From Harriotta raleighana (lineage: Eukaryota): a DNA stretch of 64,000 nt. Shown here piece by piece: positions 60,033-64,000 of this stretch. The stretch is from NCBI GenBank assembly GCA_050575255.1, contig JBNZDD010013730.1, forward strand, positions 8,898,381 through 8,962,380. The letters are read 5' to 3'. The position numbers were made by a program, and so were the translations under genes. The notes beneath the pieces were generated by a model. That model was not told where the DNA came from and did not search any database. It saw only the letters and a program-made list of their open reading frames with translations. How positions within the stretch are numbered: position 1 is the stretch's first letter; the number at the start of each line of letters is the position of its first letter.

Positions 60033-63000
60033 AATAGCTAAAAATACTAATGAAATAATCGGATGCATCACAGGAGATTACTTTAAACTAACCAAGCGTA
60101 ACTCAATAGTAAGCGTGTATGTGTACTATTGGTATGCAAGTTTGGATGCTCTACCTCAAAAAGGCTTAAGGCATCGACAATTCAGACAAAGTGACCAATA
60201 TGATTTTGGGTCTCGAAACCTAAAGCTATGAGGACAATATTGGATTATCACAGATAGCATCATGTGCTTGGCTCTGACTAAACTATGTCTAGTGTGTTCT
60301 TAGATTAGGTGCACAGGGTGTGGCCCACCAGGGAAAGAGTTTCTCTTCACACCATGAGAGGCACAGGGAAATTTCCATGTGTATGTGGCTTGCATATGTG
60401 GACCTCTGGTTTAATCACGCTTAATCATGTTGATAGGTTTCCATATGCGTCAAACACTTAGCTGATCCCCAAAGAAGTAAGTTACAGTAACATTGCGTGT
60501 AACACTGGTGACCTATTCTGTGAGCGTTTGCCTTTGATGAAGTTTAATTTAGAAGAGTCCCTAGGAATAATCATAAAGCTCAAAAACAATACAGTTTAAA
60601 TTAAAAAAATTTGATCTCCGAGTTAGTTTCCTAAGGGGACTTCTAAGTTTAAATTTAAACTGGCTTCAAACTTCCCCTCTTTGTCAACCATTTAACAGCT
60701 GGCACTCTGGGGTTTTGGCATTAGAAAGCTATTCAGTCACTGTAAATAAAGAGTGCCATGACCACTGTCAATTTACTACTGCGAAGCTCTACTATTTCCA
60801 GTACTTAGTCCTTTCTTCCTGTAACATTATTCATCACACATAAATTATCTTAGTACAGTATAAAATTAACCAGCAATGACATGGTAAAACCAAGCACAGA
60901 AACACATGAATTATACATTACAGATTATTTGATTTATTGGATCTTAAGACTATTAAACATTGGCTTCATTGACGTTTTGTTGCTGTTTGAGGCTTCATTG
61001 AAACTCTAACATGTCACTTAGTATGTTCTAAACTGATATGATATAGACGTGAAAAGCGCTATATCAAATGCAAGGGTTATTATGATGTTTATCTACTATG
61101 TATTAAACAAGAATAAAGTAAAATAATCCTTACATTTGGTATAGTATCTTTTATTTCAGGATGTCACAAATTGCTTCCCGGGATATATTGTAATCTGTAG
61201 TGACTGTATTTGTAGCTGAATGAGGGATCCAATTTGTGCACAACAATCTCTTACAAACAGCCTTGAAGCGAACGATCGATTTTATTTAGGAGATTATTGT
61301 GTTAAAATCTAGTAGTGAAAGATAGAAAAGAAAGACTATTTAATCACAAGACCAAACACATCCATTAGGTGAAAACCCAGGGCGCTGAGTGTTAGGTATA
61401 TTCTGTACACATCCTAGCTTTAGCACCTGACTATTTTTCTGTTCATTTGCTTTTCAACTGGAAAAATTATGGGATTTTTTTCTCCCAATTGGACAGTTGT
61501 TCAAAAGTTAATATATTGACAAAAGACATGTTTGAATTTGGGACTGCATAATTATCATGTATTTACAAGTTGACAGGCCTGTCCTCAGACAGGATTGGTA
61601 TGCAATATATAATGTTTTGACTCCATATAACGTTGAAAGCACCTGATAGCTTGGTTTGTCAATGCTGAGCAAAATCTATATTTCAGAAAAAACACATAAA
61701 TGTATCACACAATATGCCTTTATTGTCTTTTAACAATGAATAGAGCTGACATTAGTCAGATATCATTCTTATGGTTTTTTTCCCCCCCACCTGCCAGGTA
61801 CAAAAAGCTGTGGCTTACAAATTTCTCTCCCATATTAGCACAAATCAAATGGCTAAACACTTGTTGGAAACAAAGAAGGTAGTTTATTTTATTGCACTCT
61901 AGTTAATAATCAAACCAATGTTTTAGGCAGGCTTCAAGCATATATGCTTTGTGAGTGACTCATTGTATATAGTGTCTCATAGCATATTTGTTTTGGAATT
62001 CCTTCAGTCTGATTCCTGTGAGATTGTGTCACTCCGGCTCCAGAAAGTAATTCCAACAGCGCAGGTAGATGAATCTGACATAGTTGAGAACTAACAGCAT
62101 GTCATACACTTTTTTTCTATGGATAGCTATAGATCATGGAAGGGAATATGCCAGAGTTGGGTGGGTGACAGGGGAATAACATCCCTTTCTCCTCCATCGA
62201 CAGGGGTAATAACTCCTGGCTCTCTGGGGAGAAATTGAAAAAGCAATAGCCATGAGCTGTGAAGCAATGCTTGTAGGAGAATTGAAAGTTAATGCTCTTC
62301 TTTATTTTGTCAGGAGTTGCGTCTCAGTGTCACTGTTTTCAAACTGTTTGTAAATGTTATGCTATCTTTGAAAATCCTTTCATGTGCCACGTTCACTTTG
62401 TGAAAGGCGAATGCAAAGCTAACTTTGGAGAACATTGAAAAATAAGCCCACCAGTAGATTTTCTCCATGAACACGGCAAGATCTTGTCACATCAGTCAGG
62501 ATGAGGGGGTCAGGGCAGAGCCTGTTGATGAGTGAGGAAAAAAAGAAGTAAATTCATTCTGCTTCAGGCACTTTGTCAAGTGCCAGTAGCTTACTGTTGG
62601 AAACTAGTCACCCTTCGCTGTGTTACTGCCATGGGGGTCAATTTCTATGTATAAATCATGTTCCTGCATAGGCTTTGAAACTTATTGCAGTTACCAAGGA
62701 AATGAAAATAAGGAAAATGCTTCTGCCTTGATTGGAAGGACTCAAAAAAAAATATCTTCCCACATGTTGCTGGTTAATAAAATGTATGGCGGTTATTGAT
62801 TCAGAGAATCGTGTCATTAAAATGTGCAGTTTTGTTTATTGGAATGAAGCAATTAAATGGTTCACTTATGCCAGAAATAACCTTTTCTGATGAAAAACTA
62901 TTGATTTTTTTTGCCACAGCTTTATAAGTGACAATGTTTTTGATTACGACTGACAAATCTCCTTAGAGTGTTAATTAAAAATGTACCAGATGAGCAGGTG

Positions 63001-63547
63001 CAGGAGTCCATTAAGAATGTGAGAACGGCTCCAAATACCTATTCTTTTTTTAAAAAAAACTTTCTATAATGAACAGGGCACCAGAGGAAATGAAACCTTC
63101 ATCAGCAATTTTATTTTCTCGCTTCAAAATTTAAATATTAATTTCTTATTTTGGGGTAACACAGTGACTTAATCATTTCATTTTTGCCCTAAACGTTTGC
63201 TCAGTGGCATTTGGTTTTATCTGCAGTGCTTTCAAATACTGTACTTCTCTTCTGTAAATATGTAATAACGTGTTACATGGCCTTTTCCTTCCTTCAGCTA
63301 ATGATTTACCATAGTGCACAGTAGGTTTAAATATTAGCATATAAAAATAGTGAGTGCCGTTGAAGGCTTCAATAAAATCTGATTTTTTTAAATGAACATT
63401 ATATGGCTAGTTTCTCTTTTAGAAATCTCTTGTCATATCGTTTATGTTTTGTGGTAAAACTATCATACTTGGAAAGTACCTGTTTCAGGCAGAACCAGAG
63501 GAATACACTGCTTGAAAGCAGCATACAGCATAAGAAATTTAATTCAT

Positions 63548-63838
63548 CAGCCTGGCTCAATTGGTAGCACTCTTGCCTTGAATCAGAAGGTTGTGGGTTC
63601 AAGCTGCACAATGGGACTTGTCAGAGATGCTGTCCTTTGGCGGAGACCTTTACCTGTCTGTTCAGGTAGATCTAAAGGCACAATTTCAATAGAGTCTCTT
63701 CCTGTGTCCCGGCCAAAGCTCTTCCTGATAAAATTGACCACTCACTTCATAGGGTCATTACATGGGCAAACTGGGTGTGTTCACATACAAATATACAGTC
63801 ACTGCAGTTTACAGAAAAACTGGCTATATTTGCTTTGA
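63548..63838 (+). mobile_element. Older SacSINE1-like Deu SINE
   Basis: ggctcaattggtagcactcttgccttgaatcagaaggttgtgggttcaag head; ctgttcaggtagatctaaag body. Confidence 0.8.
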
Positions 63839-63845
63839 TATATGA

Positions 63846-64000
63846 ATCCTGTAGCTCAGTGGTTAGAACACTCGCCTTACAAGCATGAGATAATAATATA
63901 TAAAGTCATTTCAATCCTTGACTGTTTGTGGGACACTTCTGTGCACAATTGGCTGCCGCATTTCACCCACAAATATACAGTCAATTCACTTTACAGTATA
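63846..64000 (+). mobile_element. Young Deu-type SINE, internally deleted, runs off the window end
   Basis: atcctgtagctcagtggttagaacactcgccttacaagc head joined to gtcatttcaatcc..tgtgggacacttctgtgcacaattggctgccgc core. Confidence 0.88.

Noticed and set aside
60550-60646. Degenerate inverted repeat (tagaagagtccctaggaa / ttcctaaggggacttcta)
   Set aside because: Short, gapped and AT-rich; at most an old MITE remnant.
62314-62440. Acceptor tttattttgtcag followed by open frames, a possible last exon
   Set aside because: No recognisable homology or other support.
62690-62704. RFX X-box-like motifs (also near 34403, 43297, 43737)
   Set aside because: Degenerate matches expected by chance in 64 kb.
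13012-64000. Many 60-125 aa ORFs in the ORF track, a nested gene, NR5A1 exons or a CRISPR-like array
   Set aside because: The ORFs are repeat-derived or random, often with non-ATG starts. I saw no nuclear-receptor coding motifs on minus and no regularly spaced repeat-spacer array.

Overview
AT-rich, repeat-dense vertebrate genomic DNA. The Deu-type SINEs and L2/CR1 tails suggest a cartilaginous fish, possibly a holocephalan (inference). The window holds most of one spliced plus-strand gene, an adhesion GPCR best matching ADGRD2/GPR144. I reconstructed 16 phase-consistent GT-AG exons from 568 to 41415, encoding a C-type-lectin-like half module, the GAIN domain, GPS CNHT/TNFAVLL and TM1-TM7. 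A probable Ser-rich C-tail exon lies at 57441. The 5' exons are upstream of the window, and I could not find the helix-8 exon or the terminal exon. Fifteen exons fit in the first 13 kb, then TM7 is split by a 28.4-kb intron. The introns carry many copies of a young tRNA-derived Deu-type SINE (several internally deleted), older SacSINE/AmnSINE-like relics, L2 and CR1 fragments, an atypical non-LTR reverse-transcriptase relic, a Tigger/pogo-like MITE, three palindromic elements and CTCF-like motifs. Nearly all ORF-track entries are spurious or are exon read-throughs. I see no prokaryotic system or CRISPR array and cannot demonstrate a new biological system; the best leads are listed as findings. 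Family names are from recalled consensus motifs, not database searches.
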